Shown: positions 1 through 12,566 of the stretch, in pieces
Layout of the letters: each line of letters opens with the position of its first letter
Position numbering within the stretch: position 1 is the stretch's first letter
Assembly: GCA_977017645.1 (NCBI GenBank)
Contig: OZ360243.1
Location: forward strand, 30,876,001 to 30,940,000
Length of the DNA: 64,000 nucleotides
Source: Torpedo marmorata
Lineage: Eukaryota
Direction: 5' to 3'
Notes under the pieces: model-generated
What the model saw: only the letters and a program-made list of their open reading frames with translations
Told to the model about the DNA's origin: nothing
The model's database searches: none
Made by a program: the position numbers and the translations under genes

Positions 1-1180
1 GCGATTGTGACGATAGGCAAATTGCAGTGGGTCCAGATCTTTGCTTAGGTATGTGTTAATTCTGACCATGACCAGCCTCTCAAAGCATTTCATCACAGTA
101 GAAGTTAGTGCTACTGGGCGGTAGCCGTTGAGGCAGCTCACACTACTCTTCTTGGGTACCGGAATGATTGATGCCCTTTTGAAGCAGGTGGGAACCTCTG
201 ACTGCCGCAATGAGAGGTTGGAAATGTCTGTGAACACTCCGGCTAGTTGGTTGGCGCAGATTTTCAGTACCCTGCCAGGTACGCCGTCAGGGCCTGATGC
301 CTTGCGTGGGTTCACCCTCTTGAATGATGTTCTGACGTCGCCCTCAGACAGATATCACAGGGTCCTCAGCCTTTTCAGGGATTCTAGTAGGCATTGTTTG
401 GTTCTTCTTCTCAAAGCGGGCATAGAAGGTGTTCAGCTCATCAGGTAGTGAAACATCACAACCGTCTATAGTGTTCGCCCTCGCTTTGCAGGCTGTAATG
501 GCCTGCACTCCCTGCCATATTTGGCGTGTATCTGTCTCTGTCTCTAGTTTCCTCCAGAATTGCCACTTCAGAGATGGCCTTCTGCAGGTCGTGCCTGGAC
601 TTCTTGTAAAGATCCCGAACCCCGGCCTTAAACGCCCTTGTTCTTGCCCTCAGCAGGTTGCGAATTCTCTGATTCATCCAGGGCTTCTGGTTGGGGAACA
701 CCTGGTATTTGCGCGTGGGCACACACTCATCCACGCAGGTCTTGTTGAAGTCGGTGACACCTGTTGCATATTCATTCAGGTCTATAGATGAGTTCTTGAA
801 TTTGTTCCAGTCCACCGATTCAAAGCAGTCCTGCAGACGCTCCTCCGCCTCCCTCGACCATACTTTCACCGTCCTCACCACTGGTGCTGTGGTCTTCAGG
901 TTCTGCTTGTACGCCGGGAGGAGAAGTACAGCCAAGTGATCAGACTTGCCGAAGTGCGGTCGTGGCATGGCTCTGTATGCGTTCTTCACGGTGGTGTAGC
1001 AATGGTCGAGTGTGTTGGTTCCTCTGGTCTCGCATGTGACGTGTTGGTGGTAGTTTGTCAGAGACTTCTTCAGGTTGGCCTGATTGAAGTCTCCCACGAT
1101 GATCGGGATCAGGATGTGCTGTCTCATGGCTGTTTATTACAGTGCTCAGTCCCTCCAGTGCCAGCCTGACGTTAGCCTGG
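1..1180 (-). mobile_element. Rex1/Babar LINE (family B), endonuclease-to-RT portion, 5'-truncated, runs off window start
   Basis: ORF 456-1127 has APE endonuclease motifs (GDFNQ, TLDHCY, GKSDH); near-identical to the copy at 26650-27812. Confidence 0.9.
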
Positions 1181-2099
1181 AAGTTAGATTTTTTAAATCT
1201 AATGTTCTGATCAAAGGTCAATGACCATAAAGATTTACTGTAGTTCACACATGGTGCCAGACCTGCTATCTCCAAAATTTTCCATTTAAAGTAGCTTTGC
1301 CCCAGAGAACACAGAGTGAAGGTCAAAATACACAATACAGCAGCAAAAGTTGAAGGGAGCAAAAGAAAAAGTAGGCACAGAAGAATTTATAATTGGATGA
1401 ACTGAACTACATTTTAAGTTTTTGCTTTCTGCTAAAGTTTCAAGGACTAAAAAAACAATGGGATCCTTAAGTCAATTTTGCTTTTGACAGTAAAGTTTGG
1501 ATAGGGGGTCAAAAAAAAAAAAAAAAAAAGGCTAAAAAATTATCATAATGAAACTGAAGCCACAATCAACAGAGACTTTGATCACATCTCCCCAAAAGCA
1601 CAACAGACAAGAACTACTCAAATATGGAAGCAAATCCAGTCTTGGATGGGCTTGCACTTTAACTTTAACACTGAGGGGAATTAATATGACAGAGGTCATT
1701 TTAGGCAATAGATTAGATGAGGGAGTTCCGTTTCAGATCAAAAGAAATAGTTGACAAGTCATCTCGAAGAGTCATAGGATACAGAATCAAGCACTCAAGT
1801 CCGCCATATCCATGAAACCACTTCGCAACAGTTACACTAATCCCATTCAGCATGATTTGGCTCATAGTCTTCCATGCTTTGGCAATTCAAGTGCTCGACT
1901 ACATACTCATGAAATGCAAGAGTATCCATCTCTACCACCTCATCAAGCAGGATATTACAAATTCTGACCACTATTCCTTGGATTCAGTCCATACTTACCC
2001 TTAAATCTGTGCCCTTTAGCTTTCGACATTTCCGCATCTCATTATCTATCCTATCTCCACTCCTCTCAATTTTGGGAAAGAGTGGGTAAGCTGCGTGAA

Positions 2100-2405
2100 G
2101 GAGGCTGAGGAGTGACCAGTCAGTGGTATATAAAACTACAAGAGATGTACATACAACAGACAGAATAGTTTCCCCCCATGGAAGGGGTATCAAAAACTGG
2201 GGACATTGGTTTCAGGCAAGAGGAAGGCACTTCCTGTGGTAGCTTATTCTTTTTACCTCTGGAACTCACTGCCAGAGATGGAGGTGGGGTCAGATACAAT
2301 CACAACATTTAAGGGACATTTAGACAAGTACTTAAATAGGCAAGGTATAGAAGGATACAGACCTAATTTCAACAAATGGATTTATTTAGATACCGGTAGT
2401 TAGTC
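2100..2405 (+). mobile_element. Decayed CR1 LINE 3' remnant
   Basis: WNSLP...TITTFKGHLDKYLNRQGIEGY resembles the CR1 ORF2 C-terminus (compare 59180-59300). Confidence 0.65.
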
Positions 2406-3151
2406 AAGACATGACCAAAATAACTCAACACCAAGAACGAATCCTCATTTGACAAGTAATGTATTTTTTTAAATCATCACTAAATTTCCAAGAAACCTGC
2501 ATTTGGCTCCCTCTGCCAATACCTCTTTTCATAGAAACTGGTTTTAGGCAGGAAATTACATGCATTACATGGAAATTTGCCCAGGCCATCAGCATTTACA
2601 AAGACTTGCCATTGCTTGAAGTTTTTTTTCAAATTACGAAACTGAAAATTTTTTATTAAACTACATTGCAAACCTTTTTAAAAATCTGACCACTCATTTA
2701 TTCCAAATGTCAGAATTACGACTATCAACTTTTAAAGAAGGTACTGGTGAAAGTCGGCCAAAGATATCCGTATTCATGGATAAGTTCACATCTTACTCTG
2801 CCTGAGTGTGGTACCCACCTGTTTCAAACAGGCCTCAATAGTACCAGTGCCCAAGAAGAGTGTGGTAACCTGCCGAAATGACTACCGACCAGTGGCAATC
2901 ACGTCAACAGTGAAGAAGTGTTTTGAGAGACTGGTGTTGAAGCATATCAGCTCCTGTCTGAGTGGCGACATGGATCCATTCTAATTCGCCTATCTCAGCA
3001 ACAGGTCTACGGTTGATGCCACCTCACTGCCTCTACACAAAACCCTGGAACACCTGGACAGCAAAAATGCATACATCAGGATGCCCTTTATTGACTACAG
3101 TTCGGCATTCAACACTATCATCTCCTCAAAACTGATCATCAAATTCTTAAG

Positions 3152-3297
3152 AAGTAAAACACGAAAATCTGTGGACACCGTGGTTGAAGTAAAAAACACA
3201 AATGCTGGAGAAACTCAGCAGGTCAAACAGTGTCTTTTATGTAGCAAAGGTAGAAATACATAACCGACGTTTCGGGCTTGAGCCCTTCATCAAAGTA
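3152..3297 (-). mobile_element. Penelope-like terminal-repeat (pLTR) fragment with hammerhead-like motif
   Basis: Reverse complement matches the 3' terminus of the Penelope element at 11140-11246; contains TTGATGA-AGGGCTCAAGCCC-GAAACGTC. Confidence 0.8.
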
Positions 3298-3454
3298 CCC
3301 GGGCCTCAATACTCCACTGTGCAATTGGTTCCTGGATTTCCTCACCTCCAGACCCCAATCAGTACAGATAGGAAAGAACATCTGCTCCACAATCTCCATC
3401 AGCACCAGAGCACCACACGGCTGCATACTGAACCCTGCTCTACTTGCTTTACAC

Positions 3455-3832
3455 CAGTGGTTTTCAAACTGCCTCCCCTTAAACTCACATTCCACCTTAA
3501 GCAATCCCTATGCCATTAGTGCTCTGTAATTGGAAAGGGATTGCTTAAGGTGGTATGTGAGTGGGAAGGGAAGGTTGAGAACCACTGCTCTAGACCCAAT
3601 TGTTACGGAAATATTTTGCATGAGAAAAATTGTCATTGGCCCATTTCCTTTGGAGTTATGAAACCGTGCACATAACGAGTCAATTAGGTTCAATTAAAAC
3701 AGTGGTTTTCAAATCTTTTTCTTTCCACTCACATACCACCTGAAGCAATCCCTTACTAATCACAGAGCACTTATGGAATAGGGATTGCTTAAGGTGGAAT
3801 GTGAGTTTCGGGGGGCAGTTTGAAAACTACTG
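3455..3832. mobile_element. hAT-type MITE made of two palindromic units
   Basis: TIR cagtggttttcaaactgc / gcagtttgaaaactactg; 8-bp TSD ctttacac (3447-3454, 3833-3840). Confidence 0.9.
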
Positions 3833-5921
3833 CTTTACACCTATTACTGTGTGGCTTGGTATGACAACACCATTTACAAATTTGCTGCTGATACAGTAGA
3901 GGGCTGTATTAAAAAGAGGTAATGAGTCAGTACACAGGAGGGAGAATGAAAACTTGGCTAAATGGTGTACTAATAACAACCTCTCACTCAACATCACTAA
4001 AACCAAGGAGCTGATTGTTGGCTTCAGGAAGGAAAAATCAGAGGTGAACAATCCAGTGATCATTGGGGGAATCAGAGGTGGATAGGGTGAGCAAATTTAA
4101 ATTCCTAGGAGTCACCATCTCGGAGGACCTCACCTGGACCCAACACACCAAGGTCATTGTGAAGAAAGCACATCAGCTCCTCTACTTCCTCATGAGTTTG
4201 CAAGGGTTCTGTACGACATCGGAAACCTTGGCAAACTTCTACAGATGTATAGTGGAAAGTGTGCTGATCGAGTGCATCACAGCCTGGTATAGGGGCACCA
4301 ATAACTCCAAGTGGAAAGCCCTGCAAAAGGTAGTGGACACAGCCCAGTACATCACAGGCAAAACTCTCCTCACTATCGAGAAAATCTGCATGGAACACGG
4401 CCATTGGAGAGCTGTAGCAATCATAAAGGATCCACACCACCCTGGACATGCTCTGTTCTCGCTGCTGCTATCAGGAAAGAGGAATTGGTGCCACAAGACT
4501 CATACCACCAGGTTCACGAACAGTTGCAATCGCTCCACCATCAGACTCCAAAACAACAGACTCAGTCAGAGCCTCATTTAAGAACTCTTACTTTGCTCAT
4601 TGTTTATTACTGAATATTTATTTTTTCCTGTGTTACAGAGTTTGTTTACATTTCTTTCTTTGTTTTCATTTCTCTATTGTATACATATCTTTTTTCTTGA
4701 GTACAGTTACTGATAAGTCAAAATTCTGCCTGCTGACAGGAAAAAAAATCTCAGGGTTGTATGTGACAATAAATTTGAACTTGGAAAAATCATATTTCAG
4801 AACCACAAACTTAGTGTGTTGTAATAAAATTTAATTTAAAACAGCTAAATCATAAAATACTTAGTCACTTTGAAAAATGCCTGGAAAACACTATCATTAT
4901 TAATATTATCTCAAATTCTAATCTAATAGTCTACATTGTTTCTGTGGTTCAATGAGGTGAAACATTATGCAGTATCCAATATTAATACAAGATTGACGTT
5001 TTGGTTTCAATGAACTGAATGAATCACAATAAATATTTTCGCTGTATTCATATTAAGTTGCCATTAATTCCAAAAGAATAAATGGTAACATTACAACAGT
5101 CCACAAAATTATTAACTATTTGTAACAAACACTCACAGATAATTACAAATACCTGGGAGAACTTAATCAGCTGCTGCATCAGGACCTGTGTTTTTTGACT
5201 ATGAAATGTTTGCTATTTCTCCACCAGAAATCATTTATCACCGTGACAGCCTAAATTGTCATTCAGAAGCAATACATATTATTTTAAAACTGGCATTTAT
5301 TTATTTAAAATGTAACTTGTTTGCATCCTTTCAAGAAGTTTGGCAACACTTACAAATATTCTTTAAAAATGTAGATCAAAGCGGCAGGAAGATAGAAAGT
5401 AACGATAATTCCATAACAGTTATTATTCTCCATTCTCATCTAAATTTCTGTTTCCAAAATACAGGCAAATTTATGGAAAGTATTTTTAACCTAATATGTG
5501 TTCATAACACAGTAAGAGAGCTTGTAATTTCAAAGATCCACATCAAGTGCACTTAGGCCTGGGATAGCTGCAGCTGAGTACACCAAATCCTTGAGAAACT
5601 CCTTCAAAATAAATGTTCATAATATACAAAAGTGCTCTAGCATCCCAAACTGGTATCAGGGAACTGATACTATAGCAAGAACTTTTGAAACATGCAAGAT
5701 ATAGTGAAACTCTTTATGCTCTTTATCAACTACAGTTCGGCATTTAACACCATCATCCCCTCAAAACTGATCAGAAAACTCCAAGACCTGGGACAACACA
5801 CCACTGTGTAATTGGATCCTTGATTTCCTCACCTACAGACCACAATCAGTGAGGATTGGCAAAAACATCTCCTCCATGATCTCCATCAGTACTGGAGCAC
5901 CACAGGGCTGCGTTCTTAGCC

Positions 5922-6501
5922 AAAACACACCGAAATGCTGGAGGTACTCAGCCAGCGTCCATAAAATGCAAAGATATATTGCCAACGTTTCGGGCCTGAG
6001 CCCTTCTTCAAGGAATAAGCGAATGAGCCAGAAGCACGAAATATCAGAAAATCTCAGAATTCAGACAATGCTGGCTGGGGGAGGAATCCAGACCAACAAA
6101 AGGTGCTAATTGGATATGATAAGGGGAGAATTCATCATGTCTGTGCGAAAGGAGACATGGAAGGGAGAGACAGAGCTGGGGGAAGGCGACAGGGGAATAA
6201 GTGATGGGGGAGGGGGGTTTAACGAAAGCCAGAGAAGTCGATATTAATGCCGTACGGTTGGAGGGTGCAGTCGAAAGATGAGGTGTTGTTTCTCCAATTT
6301 GCGGGTGGTCTCAGTCCGGCAGTGCATGAGACCATGGACAGACATGTCAGCAAGGAAATGTGATGGGGAATTAAAATGGGTGGCCACTGGGAGATCCACG
6401 CTATTGCAGCAGACAGAGCCGAGGTGCTCAACAAAGCGATCTCCCAATCTGTGTCCAGTCTCTCCAATGTAGAGGAGACCACAAAGGGAGCACCAGATGC
6501 A
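5922..6501 (-). mobile_element. 5'-truncated Penelope-like element (GIY-YIG end plus pLTR)
   Basis: GDRFVEHL...PVATHFNS peptide; 10-bp TSD gttcttagcc (5912-5921, 6502-6511). Confidence 0.9.
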
Positions 6502-7275
6502 GTTCTTAGCCCCCTGCTCTACTTGCTTTACACCTATGTCTGTGAGGCTCAGTACGACAACAACACCATCTACAAATTCGCTGACGATACCACGGTAGTC
6601 GGTTGTATAAAAAGAGGCGATGAGTCAGCATACAGGAAGGAGATTGAAAACTTGGCCGAATGGTGCACCAACAATAACCTCGCACTCAATGTCACCAAAA
6701 CCAAGGAGCCGATTGTTGACTTCAGGAAGGGAAAACCAGATGTGTACGATCCAGTGATCATTGGGGAATCAGAGGTGGAAAGGGTGCGCAAATTTAAGTT
6801 CTTGGGAGTCACTAACTTGGAGGATCTTTCCTGGAGCCAACACACTAATGGCATCATGAAAAAAGCACGTCAGCACCTCTACTTCCTCAGGAGTTTGCAG
6901 AGCTTTAATATGCCATCGGAAACCCTGGCAAATTTCTACAGATGTGTGGTGGAAAGTGTGCTGACCAGCTGCATCACGGCTTGGTATGGGGACATCAATA
7001 CCCCTGAGTGTAAAGCACTGCAAAAGGAAATAGACACAGCCCAGGGGATCACAGGCAAACCCCTCCCCACCATCGAGAACATCTACGGGGGACGCTGCCG
7101 TTGGAGAGCAGCAGCAATCATCAAGGATCCACACCACCTAGCACATGCTCTGTTCTCGCTGCTACCATCAGGAAAGAGGTATAGGTGCCACAAGACTCGC
7201 ACCACCAGCTTCAGGAACAACTGCTACCCCTCCACCATCAGACTCCTCAACAACAAACTCAATCAGGGACTCATT

Positions 7276-7895
7276 CCTGTGTGTCAACATCTCCGAGGAT
7301 CTGTCCTGGAGCATCCACGTTGATGCAATCACAAAGAAGGCTGGTCAGCGGCTATATTTTGTGAGGTGTCTGCGGAGATTCGGTATGTCACCAAAGACTC
7401 TCGTAAACTTCTACAGGTGTACCGTGGAGAGCATTCTGGCTGGTTGCATCACTACCTGGTATGGAGGCGCCAACTCCCAGGACAAGAGTAAACTCAAGAG
7501 GGTTGTTAACTCGGCCTGTGACATCACAGGCACCAAACTTCACTCCATCGAGGACATCTACATGAGGCGGTGTCTTAAAAAAGCAGCCTCTATCCTCAAA
7601 GACCCCCACCACCCAGGCCATGCCCTCTTCACTCTGCTTCCATCGGAAAAAAGGTACAGGAGCCTAAAGACGAGCACTCAACGGCACAAGGACAGCTTCT
7701 TCCCTGCTGCCATCAGATTCCTGAATAATCAATGAACCAAAGACACTGCCTTACTTTTCGTGCACTATTATTTATATATATTTTTTATAGTAATGTCGTA
7801 AGATGGTTATAATATGAATGTTAATTGCACTATGTTGCTGCCGCAAAACATCGAATTTCATGACTTGTTCATGACAATAAATTCTGATTCTGATT
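7276..7895 (+). mobile_element. Rex1/Babar family B 3' end inserted into the family A 3' region
   Basis: KKAGQRLYFVRCL peptide; (attctg)n tail; the host sequence gggactcatt|taaggactc resumes after it. Confidence 0.85.
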
Positions 7896-8210
7896 TAAGG
7901 ACTCTTACTTTTGCACTTTATTATTTGCTTTTTTTTTCTCCTCTCTGTATTGCAGTTGTTTACATTTGTTTATTTGTTTACATGTGTACATTGTGTCTTT
8001 TTTTTTTGCACTATCAATAAGTGGTAATTTGGCCTGGATCGCAGGAAATAGCATCTCAGGGTTGTATGTGATGTCATGTATGTACTCTGACAATAAATCT
8101 GAACTTATTTTATTTCTATGAGAAAACACAAGGCTGTTCCGAAAAACAGGGATGTTTTGTTGGGATATTAGATGCAAGCATTTCAGTGCACATCAAGCAT
8201 ATGATCTCCA

Positions 8211-8313
8211 GTAAAACACAATGCTGGAGAAACTCAGCAGCTCAAACAGTGTACTTTATACAAGAAAGATAAAGATACATAACCAACGTTTCGGTCTTGA
8301 CCCTTCATCAAGG
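8211..8313 (-). mobile_element. Penelope pLTR fragment with hammerhead-like motif
   Basis: Same ~100-bp unit as 3152-3297. Confidence 0.8.
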
Positions 8314-8354
8314 TGATCTGCAGGTCTATTTCTGGGATGTGACATTAAGAATAA

Positions 8355-8540
8355 ACTGTAAGGAGTCTGTAAGGAGTTTGTACGTTCTCCTCGTGTCTGC
8401 GTGGGTTTTCCCCGGGGGCTCCGGTTTCCTCCCACAATTCGTAACGTACGGGGGTGTAGGTTAGTTGGGAGTAAATTGGGCGGCACGGGCTCATGGGCCG
8501 AAATGGCCTGTTACCGTGCTCTATGTCTAAATTTAAAAAT
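8355..8540 (+). mobile_element. V-SINE/HE1-like SINE core and tail
   Basis: ggagtttgtacgttctcc...tgcgtgggttttccccgggggctccggtttcctccca core; CR1-like tail gggccgaaatggcctgtt. Confidence 0.75.
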
Positions 8541-8799
8541 TTAGTTTAAATTGAATGGACATCCCTCGTGATGGTTCTTACATTTGCTATCCATTCTTAG
8601 TTGAGCTGTGAGAGTTAGGTTTACTTTAATCGGGCAAAGCTTTCTCTTTGTTATCAAATGCTTACTAAAATAATTCTCAGAAATTGATTGGATCAGAATC
8701 CTATTGTGATAAACCAGCATTTTACACCACCTCCTCCACTTTTATCCACATAACCACCACCCTCTATATAGATACACTTGCCCCTCAAGCCACCTTGAA

Positions 8800-10950
8800 A
8801 TGTCCCCTCCGACCTTCCCCTCTCTGAGACGGAGCGCTCGGTCCTCAGTAGAGGCCTCACCTTCGCCCCCCTCCGAGTTCCGCGCACGCCGTGATGCCGA
8901 ACTCTTCTTCCGTCGCCTCCGCCTCCGGGCTCACTTCCATGACCGTGACTCTCCACCCCCCACCCAAGACCCTTTCTCCCGCTTCAAGCCTTCTTCCTCT
9001 TCCTGGACACCTCGTCCTGGCCAGCTGCCCGCTCTGGACCTTTTTATTTCCAACTGCCGCCGAGACATCAACCGTCTCAACTTCACCACCCCCCTCTCGT
9101 ATTCCAACCTCACCTCCTCAGAACGCTCTGCCCTCCACTCTCTCCGCAATAATCCCAATCTCACCATCAAACCCGCAGACAAGGGCGGTGCAGTTGTGGT
9201 CTGGCGCACTGACCTCTACCTTGCCGAGGCCAGTCGACAGCTCTCAGACACCTCCTCCTACCAACCCCTCCCACAGGACCCCACCACTGCACATCAAGCC
9301 ACTGTCTCCAACACCATCTCCGACCTCATCACCTGCGGTCACCTCCCCTCCACGGCCACCAACCTCATTCTCCCCCACACCCGCACTGCCCGTTTCTACC
9401 TTCTACCCAAGATACACAAACCCAACCATCCAGGCAGACCCATTGTTTCTGCCTGCTCCTGCCCCACCGAACTAGTTTCATCTTACCTTGACTCCATCTT
9501 TTCTCCCCTGGTCCAATCCCTCCCCACCTACATCCGCAACACCTCACATGCCCTCCATCTCCTCAATGACTTCAGATTCCCTGAACCGGACCGCATCATC
9601 TTCACCATGGATGTCCAATCCCTTTATACCTCTATCCCCCACACAGAAGGTCTGAAAGCACTTCGCTTCTTCCTGGACCAAAGACCCGACCAGTCACCCT
9701 CTACCACCACCCTCCTCCGCCTGGCAGAACTTGTCCTCACTCTCAATAACTTCTCCTTCAACTCATCCCACTTCCTCCAAATCAAAGGAGTAGCCATGGG
9801 TACCCGCATGGGTCCCAGCTACGCCTGCCTGTTTGTGGGCTTTGTGGAGCAATCCATGCTGCAAGCCTACACAGGCAAGACCCCTCATCTCTTCCTCCGT
9901 TATATCGACGACTACATCGGGGCTGCCTCATGCACCCGCGATGAGCTTGTCAACTTCATTCACTTCGCATCCAACTTCCACCACGATCTCAAACTCACCT
10001 GGTCCACCTCCAATAACACTCTCCCCTTCCTGGATCTCTCTGTCTCCATCTCAGGAGACAAGCTTTCCACCGACATTTACTACAACCCCTCCAACTCCCA
10101 CAACTATCTGGACTACACTTCCTCACACCCTGTCCCCTGCAAGGATTCCATCCCCTTCTCTCAATTTCTCCGCCTCATCTGTTCCCAAGATGAGGTGTTC
10201 CAGTCCAGATCTTCTGAAATGTCTGCCTTTTTCCACAAACGTGGCTTCCCCTCCACCACCATCAACTCAGCCTTCACCCGCATCTCCTCCATTTCCTGCT
10301 CATCTGCCCTGGCCCCCTCTGCCCCAAGACGCAACAAACATAGAATCCCCTTCATCCTCACCTACCACCCCACCAGCCTCCGCATCCAACACATGATCCG
10401 CCGGAATTTCCGGCACTTACTACAGGATCCCACCACCAGACACATTTTTCCTTCTCCTCCCCTCTCGGCCTTCCTTAGGGACCGCTCCCTCCGCGATTCA
10501 CTCGTGCACTCATCCCTCCCCACCCATTGCACCCCCGGCACCTTCCCCTCTGCCCGCAGGAGGTGCAACACCTGCGCCCACACCTCCCCCCTCAGCACGT
10601 TCCAGGGCCCCAAACAGGCCTTCCATGTGAAACTACACTTCACTTGTACATCCAGAGAACTTATTTACTGCATCCAGTGCTCCCTTTGTGGCTTTCTTTA
10701 CATCGGAGAGACCGGTCGCAGATTGGGAGACCGCTTTGCTGAGCACCTCCTCTCCGTCCGCAACAACAGCGACCTCCCAGTAGCCAACCATTTCAATTCC
10801 GAGTCACACTCCCACACTCACATGTCTGTCCATGGCCTTATGTACTATCCCACCCAGACTACCCGCAAATTGGAGGAACAAAATCTCATTTTCCGTCTCA
10901 GTACTCTCCAGCCAGATGGCATTAACATTGACTTTTCTGCTTTCCACTAA
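8800..10950 (+). CDS. Penelope-type reverse transcriptase / GIY-YIG endonuclease (5'-truncated; ATG formed at the TSD junction)
   Basis: KPADKGG, LPKIHK, GRPIVS, GVAMG, RYIDD, then IYCIQC..LYIGET GIY-YIG motif. Confidence 0.88.
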   Translation: MSPPTFPSLRRSARSSVEASPSPPSEFRARRDAELFFRRLRLRAHFHDRDSPPPTQDPFSRFKPSSSSWTPRPGQLPALDLFISNCRRDINRLNFTTPLSYSNLTSSERSALHSLRNNPNLTIKPADKGGAVVVWRTDLYLAEASRQLSDTSSYQPLPQDPTTAHQATVSNTISDLITCGHLPSTATNLILPHTRTARFYLLPKIHKPNHPGRPIVSACSCPTELVSSYLDSIFSPLVQSLPTYIRNTSHALHLLNDFRFPEPDRIIFTMDVQSLYTSIPHTEGLKALRFFLDQRPDQSPSTTTLLRLAELVLTLNNFSFNSSHFLQIKGVAMGTRMGPSYACLFVGFVEQSMLQAYTGKTPHLFLRYIDDYIGAASCTRDELVNFIHFASNFHHDLKLTWSTSNNTLPFLDLSVSISGDKLSTDIYYNPSNSHNYLDYTSSHPVPCKDSIPFSQFLRLICSQDEVFQSRSSEMSAFFHKRGFPSTTINSAFTRISSISCSSALAPSAPRRNKHRIPFILTYHPTSLRIQHMIRRNFRHLLQDPTTRHIFPSPPLSAFLRDRSLRDSLVHSSLPTHCTPGTFPSARRRCNTCAHTSPLSTFQGPKQAFHVKLHFTCTSRELIYCIQCSLCGFLYIGETGRRLGDRFAEHLLSVRNNSDLPVANHFNSESHSHTHMSVHGLMYYPTQTTRKLEEQNLIFRLSTLQPDGINIDFSAFH

Positions 10951-11246
10951 ACCTGCTTGTCGTTTCCTTCCCCTCCCCCCTCACCTGTCCTTCCTGTTTT
11001 TCTCCACCTACCTAGCCATCCCTCCTCCCCCTCTTTGCTGCTGTCCCCTCCCTCCTTTCTCCACCTATCATCTCCTGCCTTTGCCACCCCCCCTTCCCCC
11101 CCTCACTCTTTTGTTCGGACGCCTGCCGGCATTTTCTCATACTTTAATGAAGGGCTCAAGCCAAAAACGTCGGTAATGTATTTCTACCTTTGCTACATAA
11201 AAGACACTGTTTGACCTGCTGAGTTTCTCCAGCATTTGTGTTTTTT
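8802..11246 (+). mobile_element. Penelope-like element (RT plus GIY-YIG) with 3' pLTR, inserted into a CR1 remnant
   Basis: 10-bp TSD accttgaaat (8792-8801, 11247-11256); long ORF; hammerhead-like motif at ~11144-11171. Confidence 0.92.
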
Positions 11247-11584
11247 ACCTTGAAATATTTCCCCTCTCATCGTAAAGCCATGTCCTCTAGTTTTGGGGAA
11301 AAAGATTATGTCTCATCTCTGCCCTTCTTAAATCTGATAAGCTACTTAGGTCACACATCAGCCTCCTGTGCTTCAATATGAATATACCAGCCAATCATCT
11401 TGTTAAAATTTGTGGGCAATTTACCAGATTTTATGGCAATCTAAAGGATTCTGGGACTTTTGCTGTAAAAGTAGGCTAACTTAGAATGCAAAGGATTATG
11501 GGGCTGTTGCCTTAGAAGTAGAACAAAGAAACTATGTTCTTGTAAGGAGTACTGTCACATAACTCACAGATGCAGAGACAATAA

Positions 11585-12171
11585 CCATTTTTACACAGCT
11601 GCAGTATAACGGAAAATACTCGAAAATTTCCCGTTCTACTGGCTGTGTAAAAATGCATTTTTCCTGCGGCAGCCCTAGTAATATTTGCGGACCGCCTGCA
11701 GTCTAAACTGAACTGCAGGTGGTCTGCAAAAATACGACGTATCTGATGACGGTCTCCTCTTCCTGCCTCTGCCCCCTCCAATGCCCCTCAACCTCCCTCC
11801 AACCTCTCCAGCCATCTCTCCAGGGGGTTCAATCTGCCATGCCTCCCGCTCCCTCAACCCACCTTCTCGTTCCCTCCTCAGTCGCAACGCCCCACCGCCC
11901 CCTCTCCTCCCCTCCCCTCCCTACCCCCCCTCTCCTTTCCCTGTGCACCCCCCTCTCCTGTGCAGGTTAATGACGTCATTGACGTCAAGGTATTGACACT
12001 GTGCGTCAGACGTAGCTGTTCATCCGAATCAACGTCGACCCACGTCCACCCTCTGGAATCACCAACACGTCGGAGGTCAGTGTAAACCTCCATCCTGTGT
12101 AAATGGCCACTCCGGTGGGTAAGTATGCATATTGGTGACGGGAAAATCCCGTTACCTCTGTGTAAAAATGG
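11585..12171. mobile_element. PIF/Harbinger-like non-autonomous DNA transposon
   Basis: TIR ccatttttacacag / ctgtgtaaaaatgg; TAA on both sides. Confidence 0.75.
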
Positions 12172-12566
12172 TAAAAGTTATCTCTTTCAGGAAGGGAGTG
12201 CTGGCAAAGACAGTCCACAGTTGTGGGTAGTTGTAAACTGTGACAGGCTAGGAGTGAATGACTAAAGATAAGAGTAACTGAAAGTCTTTGTTAATTACTG
12301 GATGAATGATCAAGGGAACTGCTATGGACTCCAATTAATGAACAAACGTGTAAAGCGGTTTCCAATTAGTGAGAACATGTGAAACTGCATGTGGGCATCG
12401 GTCCAAGTGACTATATAAATCAGCTCCTGAAGACGGTTCTTTGAGTAAGGACACAGCACCAAGGAAGAGTCACTGGACTCTTCCTTGTGCCCCCTTCCGT
12501 TACTACTGTTGAACTAATAAACTGTTGTATGTTTAATTGGTTCTGTGGTTCTCTGCTGTATTCTTT

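Larger units (their letters stand above)
2817..4782 (+). mobile_element. Rex1/Babar LINE (family A), decayed, interrupted by two insertions
   Basis: RT remnants ([11 protein letters not shown]), KKAHQLLYFL C-terminal motif, 3' end tgacaataaatttgaa. Confidence 0.85.
5715..8103 (+). mobile_element. Rex1/Babar LINE (family A) 3' half with nested Penelope and Rex1-B insertions
   Basis: GAPQGCVLS|PLLY split by an insertion; YKFADDTTV RT motif; 3' end tgacaataaatctgaa. Confidence 0.9.

Noticed and set aside
6376-7735. Novel fusion proteins in ORFs 6376-7323 and 7145-7735
   Set aside because: Chance read-through across nested insertion junctions.
8211-11246. Inverted pLTR pair bounding one Penelope element
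   Set aside because: The TSD delimits 8802-11246, and a SINE and unrelated DNA separate it from 8211-8313.
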